A DNA stretch of 64,000 bases, taken from the NCBI GenBank assembly GCA_047602405.1, contig JASGHJ010000002.1, positions 2,144,001 through 2,208,000 of the forward strand. Direction: 5' to 3'. The translations under genes and the position numbers were made by a program. Below the pieces are notes generated by a model. That model searched no databases. It worked only from the letters and a program-made list of their open reading frames with translations, and was not told the origin of the DNA. The stretch is from Anaeromyxobacteraceae bacterium (GTDB lineage Bacteria > Myxococcota > Myxococcia > Myxococcales > Anaeromyxobacteraceae). The first letter of the stretch is position 1. Each line of letters begins with the position of its first letter. Positions 21,158-30,053 of this stretch are shown piece by piece.

Positions 21158-22189
21158 TCAGCGCCCGAGCAGGCGGGCCACGAGCGCGATCGCGAGCGGG
21201 ATCCCGATCATCGCCGCGAGGGCGAGGACGCCGCCCGGCCGCCCCAGGTTCACGGTGTAGCCGACGCCGAACCGCTTCGGCACGAACAGCGCCGGGTCGT
21301 CCGGGTTCACGTAGAAGAGGCCGCCCGCCCTCCAGCGGTCGTCGGGCGTCCCGTCGCCCGGCCCGGAGGACGGCAGCGACGCGAGCCGCACGGTGGCGAG
21401 GCCGAGCCCCGCGAGCAGCGCCACCAGGCCGACGCCTGCGACGCCGAGGACGAGCGCGGGGCTCTCCGGCGCGAGGAGCGGGTTCAGGACGACGGCCCCG
21501 AACAGGAGCGCGATGAAGGTGGCGGTCCCGGTGAGCGCCCAGCGCGAGATGGACCGCAGCGCCTGGGCGCGCGGGTCCGCCGCGCGGGACGGCGTGAACG
21601 CCAGGATCAGCGCCCGGAGCGCCAGCATGCCGGCGACGAGCGCGGTGCCCATCACGAGCGGCTGGTACGCCTCCGGCCCCCTCGCGGCCCAGCGGTCGAT
21701 CTCGCCGCGGCCGTTCCAGTGCATCGGGAAGCGCGCGGGGAGGTCCTCCCAGCGGAGCGCGAGCACGAGCGCCGCGCCGCCGAGGATCACGAACGGCAGG
21801 GCGTCGAGCACTGGCGGGACGCCCCGGGTCGGCGCGAGCCCCGCGACGCGCACCGTGCTCGGCGCGACGGCGTGGGGCCGGGTCCGCGCGCGCGCCGCGA
21901 CCCAGGCGGCGGTCGAGAGGGCCACCACCACGAGGACGCCGAGCCCCGCCCAGGCCACCTGGCCGGCCGCCGCGGTCGCCGGCACGCCCGCGAGCCCGAG
22001 CGCGCCGGCGAGGAGCACCTGCAGCCGGTAGCGGCGCACGATCGCGCGCCCCGCCTCCGTGGCGGCGAACCCCTCCGCCACGGTGACGCCGAACAGCACC
22101 CCACCGACCGCGAGGCGCGGCACGAGGAGGTACACGAACGTCGTGAACGCCGACGCGAGCCCGAGCTGGAACAGCACCTGCGCCATCAT
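21158..22189 (-). CDS. DUF1648/DUF5808 (SdpI-like) membrane protein
   Basis: LPARFPMHWNGRGEIDRW; C-terminal FYVNPDDPALFVPKRFGVGYTVNLG; ATGA overlap with the GntR gene. Confidence 0.8.
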   Translation of the reverse strand: MMAQVLFQLGLASAFTTFVYLLVPRLAVGGVLFGVTVAEGFAATEAGRAIVRRYRLQVLLAGALGLAGVPATAAAGQVAWAGLGVLVVVALSTAAWVAARARTRPHAVAPSTVRVAGLAPTRGVPPVLDALPFVILGGAALVLALRWEDLPARFPMHWNGRGEIDRWAARGPEAYQPLVMGTALVAGMLALRALILAFTPSRAADPRAQALRSISRWALTGTATFIALLFGAVVLNPLLAPESPALVLGVAGVGLVALLAGLGLATVRLASLPSSGPGDGTPDDRWRAGGLFYVNPDDPALFVPKRFGVGYTVNLGRPGGVLALAAMIGIPLAIALVARLLGR

Positions 22190-22591
22190 GACCGCCGCCC
22201 TCCTCCGATCGCCCTCGCCGAGGCGAGGAGCGCCTGCCGGACCTGCCGGGCCGTGACGCCCGTGGCCCGCGCCTCCGCGACGAGCTCTCCGAGCCGCCGC
22301 TCGAACCTCCCGCGCGCGTCCGCGCTCGGAGCCGGCGCCGTCCGGGGGAGCACGGTCGCGCCCCGCCCGCGGCCGAGGTCGAGCCAGCCCTCGTCGGCGA
22401 GCACCCGGTACGCCTCGGCGACGGTGTTGTGGTTCACGCCGAGGTCGAGCGCGAGGCGCCGCACCGTCGGCAGCTGCTCCCCGGCGCGCACGCGCCCCGA
22501 GACGAGGTGCGCGCGCACGGCGTCGGCGATCTGCCGGTACGCCGGGGCGGGCCCCGCGAGAATCGACCGCGATCACCGGCAGCTCCGGCAT
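22186..22591 (-). CDS. GntR (YtrA-like) transcriptional regulator (apparent +1 frameshift at ~22561)
   Basis: PAYRQIADAVR, LPTVRRLALDLGVNHNTVAEAYR; removing 1 nt at GAATC joins the N-terminus. Confidence 0.85.
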
Positions 22592-22595
22592 CGCC

Positions 22596-23405
22596 CTACC
22601 CTCCGGTCGGCGCGGGCGAGGCCGCGGCTGCCCCGGGCGCATCCCGCGACGCGAGCCGCCAGCCCAGCCACAGGTAGCCGGCCGCGACGACGGCGATGAC
22701 GCCCTCCGCCGCCCAGGTCCCGAAGGGCAAGGCCACGAACCCGGCCGTGTTCGCGAGCGCGTGCAGCGCGATGGCCGCGGCCACCCAGCGCCAGCCGCTC
22801 GGACGCCGGAAGGCCTGCAGCACCACGAGCGAGAGCCCGACGTGGAGCACCATCGCGCTCGCCCGCTCGACACCGCCCGCCGCGAGCGCGGACGCCGGCG
22901 TGAACGTGAGCTTCGCCGCGAGGTTCATGCTCCTCTCGGCGCCGAGGAGGCCGAACGTGGCGAGGACCGCCATGGCGAGCTTCGCCGCGACGTAGACCCC
23001 GACGAGGCCGACCGCCTCGAGGCCGCCGTGGCCGATGCCCATCATCACGCCCTCGGTCCGGGTCCTCCGGTCCTTCATGAGGTAGCGGTACCCGACCCAG
23101 CGGCCCGTCTCCTCGAAGAGCCCGGACGTGAAGAACGAGAACGCCAGGAAGGCCTGGAAGAGCGGCCCCTGGTTGCCCGTCCGCGCGGAGACCCACTGTG
23201 CGAGCGGGACCTGCCACGGGATCCGCAGCACGAACTGGCTCACGAAGTAGACGAGGACGCCCACCCAGACCGCGCGCCAGGACGCGCCCGCGCGGTGGCG
23301 CCAGAAGAAGGCCGCCGCGATCGGCAGCACGAAGGCGCACGTGGCGGCCACCACGAGGGCGGCCCAGGTGGCGGGCTCGAGCGAGAAGACGAAGGGCGTG
23401 GGCAT
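22596..23405 (-). CDS. YhfC family intramembrane glutamic/metalloprotease
   Basis: Multi-TM; GLFEETGRW, GIGHGGLEA, ER...HVGLS, LHALAN. Confidence 0.85.
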   Translation of the reverse strand: MPTPFVFSLEPATWAALVVAATCAFVLPIAAAFFWRHRAGASWRAVWVGVLVYFVSQFVLRIPWQVPLAQWVSARTGNQGPLFQAFLAFSFFTSGLFEETGRWVGYRYLMKDRRTRTEGVMMGIGHGGLEAVGLVGVYVAAKLAMAVLATFGLLGAERSMNLAAKLTFTPASALAAGGVERASAMVLHVGLSLVVLQAFRRPSGWRWVAAAIALHALANTAGFVALPFGTWAAEGVIAVVAAGYLWLGWRLASRDAPGAAAASPAPTGG

Positions 23406-23529
23406 CGGGGCGGCTCTCCTGTCTGTTGTCTGCATACGCTAGACATTGAGCCAGGCGCAAGGCCCTGTCCGGACCCGAGGCGGAACGCGGGCTTGCGCCC
23501 CGGCCGCCCGTCTGCGATGAAGCGGCGCC

Positions 23530-25500
23530 TTGACGCTCCTCCACGCCGCCGGCCTGTCCCTCTCCTTCGGGAGCCGCACCGTCTTCGACGGGCTCACCCT
23601 CACCCTCGAGGAGGGCGAGCGCGTCGGCCTCGTGGGCGTGAACGGCTCGGGCAAGTCCTCGCTCATGCGGATGCTCGCGCGCGTCTCGCCGCCCGACCGC
23701 GGCGAGGTGCAGCTCCGCCGCGGGGCGCGGGTCACCTACCTGCCCCAGGAGCCCGAGTTCCCGGAGGGCGCGACCGTCGCCTCCGAGCTCGAGGTCGCCC
23801 GGGCGCCGCTCCGGGAGGCCCTCGCCGCGCACGAGGCGCTCGCGGCCCGGCTCGCGGGCTCCCACCCGGAGGAGCAGCACGCGCGGATGCTGGCCGAGCT
23901 CGCCGCGCTCTCCGACCGCATCGAGCACCTCGGGGGCTGGGACACCGCCCACGAGGCGCGGCAGCTCCTCGACCGGCTCGGCGTGAAGGACTGGGACCGC
24001 CCGGTGGCGGAGCTCTCCGGCGGGACGCGGAAGCGGGTCGCCATCGCCCGGGCCCTGCTCTCGCACCCGGACCTCCTGCTCCTCGACGAGCCCACGAACC
24101 ACCTCGACGCCGACACCGTCGACTGGCTCGAGGAGGAGATCGACCGGTTCCCGGGCGCGCTGCTCCTCGTCACGCACGACCGCTACTTCCTCGACGACCT
24201 CGTCGACCGGATGGTCGAAATCACGCCCGGCGCCGGGGTGACGAGCTGGCCCGGCAACTACGAGGCCTACCTCGAGCAGAAGCTCGTGGCCGAGGAGCTC
24301 TCGGCGGTCTCCGAGCACAAGCGCCAGCGCTGGATCGCCCAGGAGGTCGCCTGGCTGCGCCGCGGCGTCGAGGCCCGGCGCACGAAGTCGAAGGCGCGCA
24401 TCCAGCGGGCCCGGCAGCTGCTGGCCGAGAAGGGCTTCCAGCGCCCGAAGGTCGCCGAGCTCCGGCTCGTGGAGGCGCCCCGGCTCTCGCACGTCGTGCT
24501 CGAGGCGAAGGGCGTCGCGAAGCGCTTCGGGGCGCGCACCATCCTCGAGGGCGTCGACTTCACGCTCGGCCGCGGCGAGCGCGTCGGCATCGTCGGCCCG
24601 AACGGCGCCGGGAAGACGACGTTCCTCAGGATCCTCCTCGGCGAGCTCGCGCCCGACGCGGGCACCGTCGTCGCCGGGCAGCGCACCAAGGTCGCCTACC
24701 ACGACCAGCAGCGCGCGCTCCTCGATCCCGACCAGACCGTGTACGAGGCCGCCGGCGGCTCGCCGCCCGGCGGGCACGGCGGCGAGGACTTCGTCGAGAT
24801 CGGGGGCCGCAAGGTCATCCTGCGCGACTACCTCGACGACCTCCTCTTCCCGCCCTCGATGCAGAAGATGGCCGTGAAGGCCCTCTCCGGCGGCGAGCGC
24901 AACCGGCTGCTCCTCGCGCGGCTCTTCCTCGAGGGCGCGAACGTGCTCGTCCTCGACGAGCCCACGAACGACCTCGACCTCGTCACGCTCAACGTCCTCG
25001 AGCGGCTGCTCCTCGAGTTCCAGGGCTCGGTGCTGCTCGTCACGCACGACCGCTACTTCCTCGACAAGGTCGCGACCGCCGTGCTCGCCATCGAGGGCGA
25101 CGGCAAGGCCACCCGCTGGCCCGGGAACTACGAGACCTACCGGACCCTGAAGGACCAGGCGGAGGCGCAGCGCCGGGCCGACGCCTCTCCGGAAGCCGTT
25201 CGTCCCGAGCGTAGGCCCGCGCAGCGGGCCGGAGACGAGGGACGGCCGGACGCGCCGCCTCCGAAGCGCAAGCCCGGCAAGCTCTCCTTCAAGGAGCAGC
25301 GCGAGTTCGACGGCATCGAGGCCGCCATCCTCGCCGCCGAGGAGCGGAAGACCGCGCTCGAGGCCACGCTCGCCGACCCGGAGACGTACAAGAAGGACGG
25401 CGCCGCCGTGGCCACCCTGCGCGCCGACCTCGACGCCGCGACCGCAGAGGTCGAGCGGCTCTACGCGCGCTGGCAGGAGCTCGAGGCGCTGAAGGGCTGA
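23530..25500 (+). CDS. uup: ABC-F family ATPase (Uup-like)
   Basis: Two ABC domains (GVNGSGKSS, GPNGAGKTT, LDEPTN twice), no TM segments, C-terminal KLSFKEQRE...RWQELE coil. Confidence 0.9.
   Translation: MTLLHAAGLSLSFGSRTVFDGLTLTLEEGERVGLVGVNGSGKSSLMRMLARVSPPDRGEVQLRRGARVTYLPQEPEFPEGATVASELEVARAPLREALAAHEALAARLAGSHPEEQHARMLAELAALSDRIEHLGGWDTAHEARQLLDRLGVKDWDRPVAELSGGTRKRVAIARALLSHPDLLLLDEPTNHLDADTVDWLEEEIDRFPGALLLVTHDRYFLDDLVDRMVEITPGAGVTSWPGNYEAYLEQKLVAEELSAVSEHKRQRWIAQEVAWLRRGVEARRTKSKARIQRARQLLAEKGFQRPKVAELRLVEAPRLSHVVLEAKGVAKRFGARTILEGVDFTLGRGERVGIVGPNGAGKTTFLRILLGELAPDAGTVVAGQRTKVAYHDQQRALLDPDQTVYEAAGGSPPGGHGGEDFVEIGGRKVILRDYLDDLLFPPSMQKMAVKALSGGERNRLLLARLFLEGANVLVLDEPTNDLDLVTLNVLERLLLEFQGSVLLVTHDRYFLDKVATAVLAIEGDGKATRWPGNYETYRTLKDQAEAQRRADASPEAVRPERRPAQRAGDEGRPDAPPPKRKPGKLSFKEQREFDGIEAAILAAEERKTALEATLADPETYKKDGAAVATLRADLDAATAEVERLYARWQELEALKG
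25196..25245 (+). repeat. REP-like repeat copy embedded in the uup coding sequence
   Basis: CCGTTCGTCCCGAGCGTAG-GCCCGC-GCA-GCGGGCC-GGAGACGAGGGACGG. Confidence 0.7.
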
Positions 25501-25528
25501 GCCCGGGCGCCTCGAGCGCCGTCGAAGG

Positions 25529-26890
25529 TCAGGCCGGGACCTTGGGCAGCTTGGCCAGGGACTCCTTCACCTTGTCGGCCGGGTACTCGTAGTCCTCGAG
25601 CTTGCCCTCGAAGTACTGCTCGTAGCTCGCCATGTCGACGTGGCCGTGGCCGGAGAGGTTGAAGAGGATGGTGCGCGGCTTCCCCTCCTTCTTCGCCTCG
25701 AGGGCCTCGTCGATGGCCCCGCGGATCGCGTGGCTCGACTCGGGCGCCGGGATGATGCCCATGGTCTGCGAGAGCAGCACCGCCGCCTCGAAGCACGAGA
25801 CCTGCCCGACGGCGCGCGGCTCGACGAGCTTGTGGTTCACGAGCAGCGACACGAGCGGCGACGCGCCGTGGTAGCGCAGGCCGCCGGCGTGGATGCCGGG
25901 CGGCATGAAGTCGTGGCCGAGCGTGTACATCTTCACGACCGGCGCCATCTTGGCGGTGTCGCCGAAGTCGAAGTCGTAGACGCCCTTCGTGAGCGTCGGG
26001 CAGCTCGACGGCTCGACCGCGACCACGCGCACCTGCTTCCCGGCCGCCTTGTCGGCGAGGAACGGGAACGCGATGCCGGCGAAGTTGGAGCCGCCGCCGT
26101 GGCAGCCGATGACGACGTCCGGGTACTCGCCCACCAGCGCGAGCTGCTTCTTCGCCTCGAGGCCGATGACGGTCTGGTGCAGGCAGACGTGGTTCAGCAC
26201 CGAGCCGAGCGCGTAGCGGGTGTCCTCGTGGGTCGCGGCGTCCTCGACCGCCTCCGAGATCGCGATGCCGAGCGAGCCCGGGCTCGAGGGATCCTGGGCG
26301 AGGATCCCGCGGCCGGCGTTCGTCCGCGGCGAGGGCGACGGGATCACCTCCGCGCCCCACAGGTGCATCATCATCTTCCGGTACGGCTTCTGCTCGTACG
26401 ACACCTTCACCATGTAGACGGTGCACTCGAGCCCGAACATCTTGGACGCGAGCGCCATCGAGGTGCCCCACTGGCCGGCGCCCGTCTCGGTGGCGATGCG
26501 CTTCGTGCCGGCGAGCTTGTTGTAGTAGGCCTGCGGCACCGCGGTGTTCGGCTTGTGCGAGCCGGCGGGCGAGACGCCCTCGTACTTGAAGTAGATCTTC
26601 GCGGGCGTGCCGAGCGCCTCCTCGAGCCGCCTCGCGCGGAAGAGCGGGCTCGGGCGCCACAGGCGGTAGATCTCGCGCACCGGCTCCGGGATGGGGATCG
26701 AGCGCTCCGCCGACATCTCCTGCTCGAGCAGGCCCGGCGGGAAGAGCGGCAGCATGTCCTGCGGGGTCACCGGCTTCAGCGTGCCGGGGTGCAGCACCGG
26801 CTGCGGCGGCGCGGGCAGGTCGGCCGCGATGTTGTACCAGTGCGTCGGGATCTCGCGCTCGGGCAGCAGGATCTTCGTGTCGTCGGACAT
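25529..26890 (-). CDS. trpB2: TrpB2 / TrpB-like PLP-dependent enzyme
   Basis: [45 protein letters not shown]; no adjacent trpA. Confidence 0.92.
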   Translation of the reverse strand: MSDDTKILLPEREIPTHWYNIAADLPAPPQPVLHPGTLKPVTPQDMLPLFPPGLLEQEMSAERSIPIPEPVREIYRLWRPSPLFRARRLEEALGTPAKIYFKYEGVSPAGSHKPNTAVPQAYYNKLAGTKRIATETGAGQWGTSMALASKMFGLECTVYMVKVSYEQKPYRKMMMHLWGAEVIPSPSPRTNAGRGILAQDPSSPGSLGIAISEAVEDAATHEDTRYALGSVLNHVCLHQTVIGLEAKKQLALVGEYPDVVIGCHGGGSNFAGIAFPFLADKAAGKQVRVVAVEPSSCPTLTKGVYDFDFGDTAKMAPVVKMYTLGHDFMPPGIHAGGLRYHGASPLVSLLVNHKLVEPRAVGQVSCFEAAVLLSQTMGIIPAPESSHAIRGAIDEALEAKKEGKPRTILFNLSGHGHVDMASYEQYFEGKLEDYEYPADKVKESLAKLPKVPA

Positions 26891-27038
26891 GGAACCTCGA
26901 AGCGTGGCACGCCCCGGGCGGGATCGCAACGGATAGCTGTCCGGTTGAGCGGAATCCCGCCGCGGCGGCGAGCGTGCGCCTCACGGGAGCGCGATCGCGA
27001 GCGCCACCCGCTCCCCTGCGCTCGGTAAGATCGGCCCC

Positions 27039-28610
27039 GTGCAGAAGACCCCCGCCCAGGTCCTCGCCCCGCGCGAGGGCGCCATCGCCGAGACCCCGCT
27101 CCCGGTCCTGCTCGCCGCCATCGCCGCCGAGGAGCGCACGCTCACGCTCGAGCTGCGCGTGCGCGCGCTCGAGAAGCGCATCCAGTTCGAGGACGGCTCG
27201 CCGGTCGCGTGCCGCTCGAACCTCCTGCACGAGACGCTCGGGCGGTTCCTCGTCGAGAAGGGCAAGCTCGCCGAGGACGCGTACCAGCGCGCGCTGCAGG
27301 AGAGCGCCGCCACCGGCCGGCGGATGGGCGAGGTGCTCGTCGCCGGGAAGCTCGTCGCGCCGTTCGAGCTCTACCGGCTCATGCAGCAGAACCTGGCCCT
27401 CAAGATCCTCGACGCCTTCCGCTGGGTGGACGCCCGCTGGAAGCTCTCCGGCGAAGCCGAGGCGGCGGAGCTCGCCCTGCGCGTCAACCCCGCGCAGCTC
27501 GTCCTCACCGGCTGCGCGACGTTCCTGCCCTTCGAGATCGTGGCGGGCGGCCTCGAGCTCGGGCCGGGGCAGCGGCTGGCGCTCGCCGAGCGGCCGCGGC
27601 ACGACCTCTCCTCCCTGAAGCTCTCGTCCCGCGAGGCGAGGCTCGTGAAGCTCCTGCGCGACGGGCCGGCCTTCGAGGCGCTCCCCGCCGCGGCCGGGCT
27701 CGACCCCGAGGAGACCCAGCGGCGGCTCTACGCGCTGTCGGTGCTCGGCATCGTCCGGCCGCTCGCGCCCGGCGAGGCGCCGCCCGCGCCCGCGCCGGAG
27801 CCGGCCGCCCCCGCCGTTTCGCCCGCGCCCGCCGCCGCCGCGCCGGCGCCCGCGGCCGCCGAGCCCGACCCGACGGCCACGGCCGTCCTCGTGGAGGAGA
27901 CCGAGGAGCTGCGCAACGACCTCGCCGCGCGCTGGCTCGAGCACCGGGGCAAGGACCCCTTCGACCTCCTCGGCGTCCCCGAGGCCGTGACCGCCCCCGC
28001 GCTGCGCGGGGCGTTCCTCGCCCTCGCCGACCGCTTCGCCCCGCTGCGCTTCACCTCCGCGGACCTCCGCGAGAAGGCCGAGGGGCTCCTCGCCGCGCAC
28101 GCGCGCGCGTACGGCGCGCTCTCCGACGCCGAGCAGGCCGGCCTGTGGAGGAAGCGCCGCGCCGCCGCGGCCGAGAAGGCCCGCGGCCAGAAGCCGAAGG
28201 GCGCCGCGGAGGCCTTCCGGATCCAGACCGACCTCCTCGACGCCGGCAGCCAGTTCCAGGAGGGGCTCAGGAAGCTGCAGGCCGGCCAGCCGCGCGCCGC
28301 GGTCGACCTCTTCCAGTACGCGGCCGACATCGAGCCGAGGGCCTCGCACCGCGCCCACCTCGCGTGGGCACGCTACCTCGTCGACGTCGAGCACAACGCG
28401 CCCGCCGCGCTCCGGGAGCTCGGCGAGATCGTCCGCACCGAGCCAGCGAGCTTCGACGCCGCCTTCTTCCAGGGCGAGGTCATGCGCGCCCAGGGCCTGT
28501 ACGCCGAGGCCGAGGAGGCCTACCGCCGCGCCCAGCGCGCGAGCCCTCGGGATCCGAGGCCCCAGGCGCTCGCCCTCGAGATGCTGCGCCTGAAGAAGCA
28601 GGCCCGCTGA
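27039..28610 (+). CDS. DUF4388-like / degenerate J-domain / TPR protein
   Basis: SNLLHETLGRFLV, DPFDLLGV...ARAYGALSD (J-like, HPD replaced), C-terminal TPR repeats. Confidence 0.7.
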   Translation: MQKTPAQVLAPREGAIAETPLPVLLAAIAAEERTLTLELRVRALEKRIQFEDGSPVACRSNLLHETLGRFLVEKGKLAEDAYQRALQESAATGRRMGEVLVAGKLVAPFELYRLMQQNLALKILDAFRWVDARWKLSGEAEAAELALRVNPAQLVLTGCATFLPFEIVAGGLELGPGQRLALAERPRHDLSSLKLSSREARLVKLLRDGPAFEALPAAAGLDPEETQRRLYALSVLGIVRPLAPGEAPPAPAPEPAAPAVSPAPAAAAPAPAAAEPDPTATAVLVEETEELRNDLAARWLEHRGKDPFDLLGVPEAVTAPALRGAFLALADRFAPLRFTSADLREKAEGLLAAHARAYGALSDAEQAGLWRKRRAAAAEKARGQKPKGAAEAFRIQTDLLDAGSQFQEGLRKLQAGQPRAAVDLFQYAADIEPRASHRAHLAWARYLVDVEHNAPAALRELGEIVRTEPASFDAAFFQGEVMRAQGLYAEAEEAYRRAQRASPRDPRPQALALEMLRLKKQAR

Positions 28611-28714
28611 ACCGCCGGTGCGTGACCGCATGGGGCGGGCCCGTCCCACGGCGCCGGCCTCGTGGGTGAACGCTCCCGTCCGGGCGCGAGACCGCGCCCT
28701 CCGGAGGCCTCCCC

Positions 28715-29266
28715 ATGAACGCACGCATCCCCGCAGCCCTCTTCGCCCTCGCCCTCGTCGCCGCCTGCGGGCAGGACGACCCCGCCCTCTCGTCCGCCAG
28801 CGCCGCGAGCCGCGACTCCGGCGAGCGCGAGCACGCCAAAAAGCTCCTTTCGACCGAGCGCTTCACCGGCGTCGTGCGCCCGTACACCGGCGCCACGAAC
28901 GCGATCCGCGGGGTCGCCGGCGGCGGGCTCCCGTGGGTCTTCGACGAGATCGAGGCCCGGCTCTCGAGCGACGGCACGTTCCGCGTGAAGGCGGAGGGGC
29001 TCGTCATCGACCCGAACGATCAGGTGGCGAAGGACCGCGGCCTGGCGGGCACGAACCCCAGCGCGACCATGAAGGCGATCCTCTCGTGCCAGTCCATCGT
29101 GGACGGCGCGGCGCAGGTCGTGAACGTCTCCACCGCCGCCTTCCCGGCGACGCCCACCGGCGACGTCGAGATCGCCGAGACCATCACCGTCCCGAGCCCG
29201 TGCATCGCCCCGATCGTCTTCGTGGCCTCCGGCGGCGGCGCGTGGTTCGCTGCGAGCGGGTTCTAG
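28715..29266 (+). CDS. Hypothetical lipoprotein
   Basis: GGAGG RBS; lipobox VAAC; two further Cys. Confidence 0.75.
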   Translation: MNARIPAALFALALVAACGQDDPALSSASAASRDSGEREHAKKLLSTERFTGVVRPYTGATNAIRGVAGGGLPWVFDEIEARLSSDGTFRVKAEGLVIDPNDQVAKDRGLAGTNPSATMKAILSCQSIVDGAAQVVNVSTAAFPATPTGDVEIAETITVPSPCIAPIVFVASGGGAWFAASGF

Positions 29267-29380
29267 GCTCGCAGGCCACGCTCGGGACCGTACGACCCGA
29301 TCCCTCCGCCATGAAGACCCCGGGCGACGGGACGGTCGACGGGACGCTCTAGGGCTCCGAGCCTTGCCCGCATCCGGCGA

Positions 29381-29484
29381 CCCGATCTCCGGGACCACCG
29401 TACGCCCCCGATTCTCCGGGACCACCGTACGCCCCCGATCCCGGGACCACCGTACGCGCCCGATCTCCGGGACCACCGTACGCC
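29381..29484 (+). repeat. Tandem repeat, 4 x ~26 bp (CCCGATCTCCGGGACCACCGTACGCC)
   Basis: Units at 29381, 29407, 29434 and 29459; no spacers; runs into a REP copy. Confidence 0.9.
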
Positions 29485-29527
29485 CCGAGCGTAGACGCCG
29501 CGCAGCGGCGTCGGAGACGAGGGGCGG
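29476..29527 (+). repeat. REP-like repeat copy
   Basis: CCCCGAGCGTAG-ACGCCGC-GCA-GCGGCGTC-GGAGACGAGGGGCGG. Confidence 0.75.
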
Positions 29528-29662
29528 CCCGCGCTTGAATTCGGCAGATCTCGCGGCGGTCCGGCCATCAGCTCCGGAGCCCGCGGATCGCGAGCCGTCC
29601 GGACCGAGACGCACCCGACCTCGAGCACGACCACCACCAGGCCGAGCGCGAGCCGGGTCACG

Positions 29663-30040
29663 TTACCCCCGCACGACCTTCCGCACGCCCTTCGCCTCGA
29701 GCCACTTCACGATCCGGTCGCGCTGATCGCCCTGCAGCGCGATCGCGTCGCCCTCGACGGTGCCGCCGCAGCCGAGCGCGCGCTTCGCCTCGTGGGTCCA
29801 GTCCTCGAGGACCCTCGGCGGGAGCTCGAGCTTCTCGACGACGGTCGCCTCCTTGCCGCCCCGGCCCTTCCGCTCGAGGCGCACGACCGCGCGGGCGGGG
29901 CCCTTCGGCGGCGCGGCGGGCTCGGGCGCGGGCGGCTCCGCCGGCGTGTAGCCCGCGGGGAGCTCTGCCCGCAGCTTCGCGAAGGCGGAGTTGAAGGGGC
30001 CCGCGGGCGCGTCGACGGGGAGCGGCTTCTTCTGCTTCAT
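29663..30040 (-). CDS. Translation initiation factor SUI1/YciH family
   Basis: ERKGRGGKEATVV, LGCGGTV, LQGDQRDR. Confidence 0.88.
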   Translation of the reverse strand: MKQKKPLPVDAPAGPFNSAFAKLRAELPAGYTPAEPPAPEPAAPPKGPARAVVRLERKGRGGKEATVVEKLELPPRVLEDWTHEAKRALGCGGTVEGDAIALQGDQRDRIVKWLEAKGVRKVVRG

Positions 30041-30053
30041 GTGACCTCGGGCT

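Noticed and set aside
29381..29484. Possible CRISPR array for the RuvC nuclease
   Set aside because: The units are contiguous with no unique spacers, there are no cas genes, and it lies 27 kb from the nuclease.
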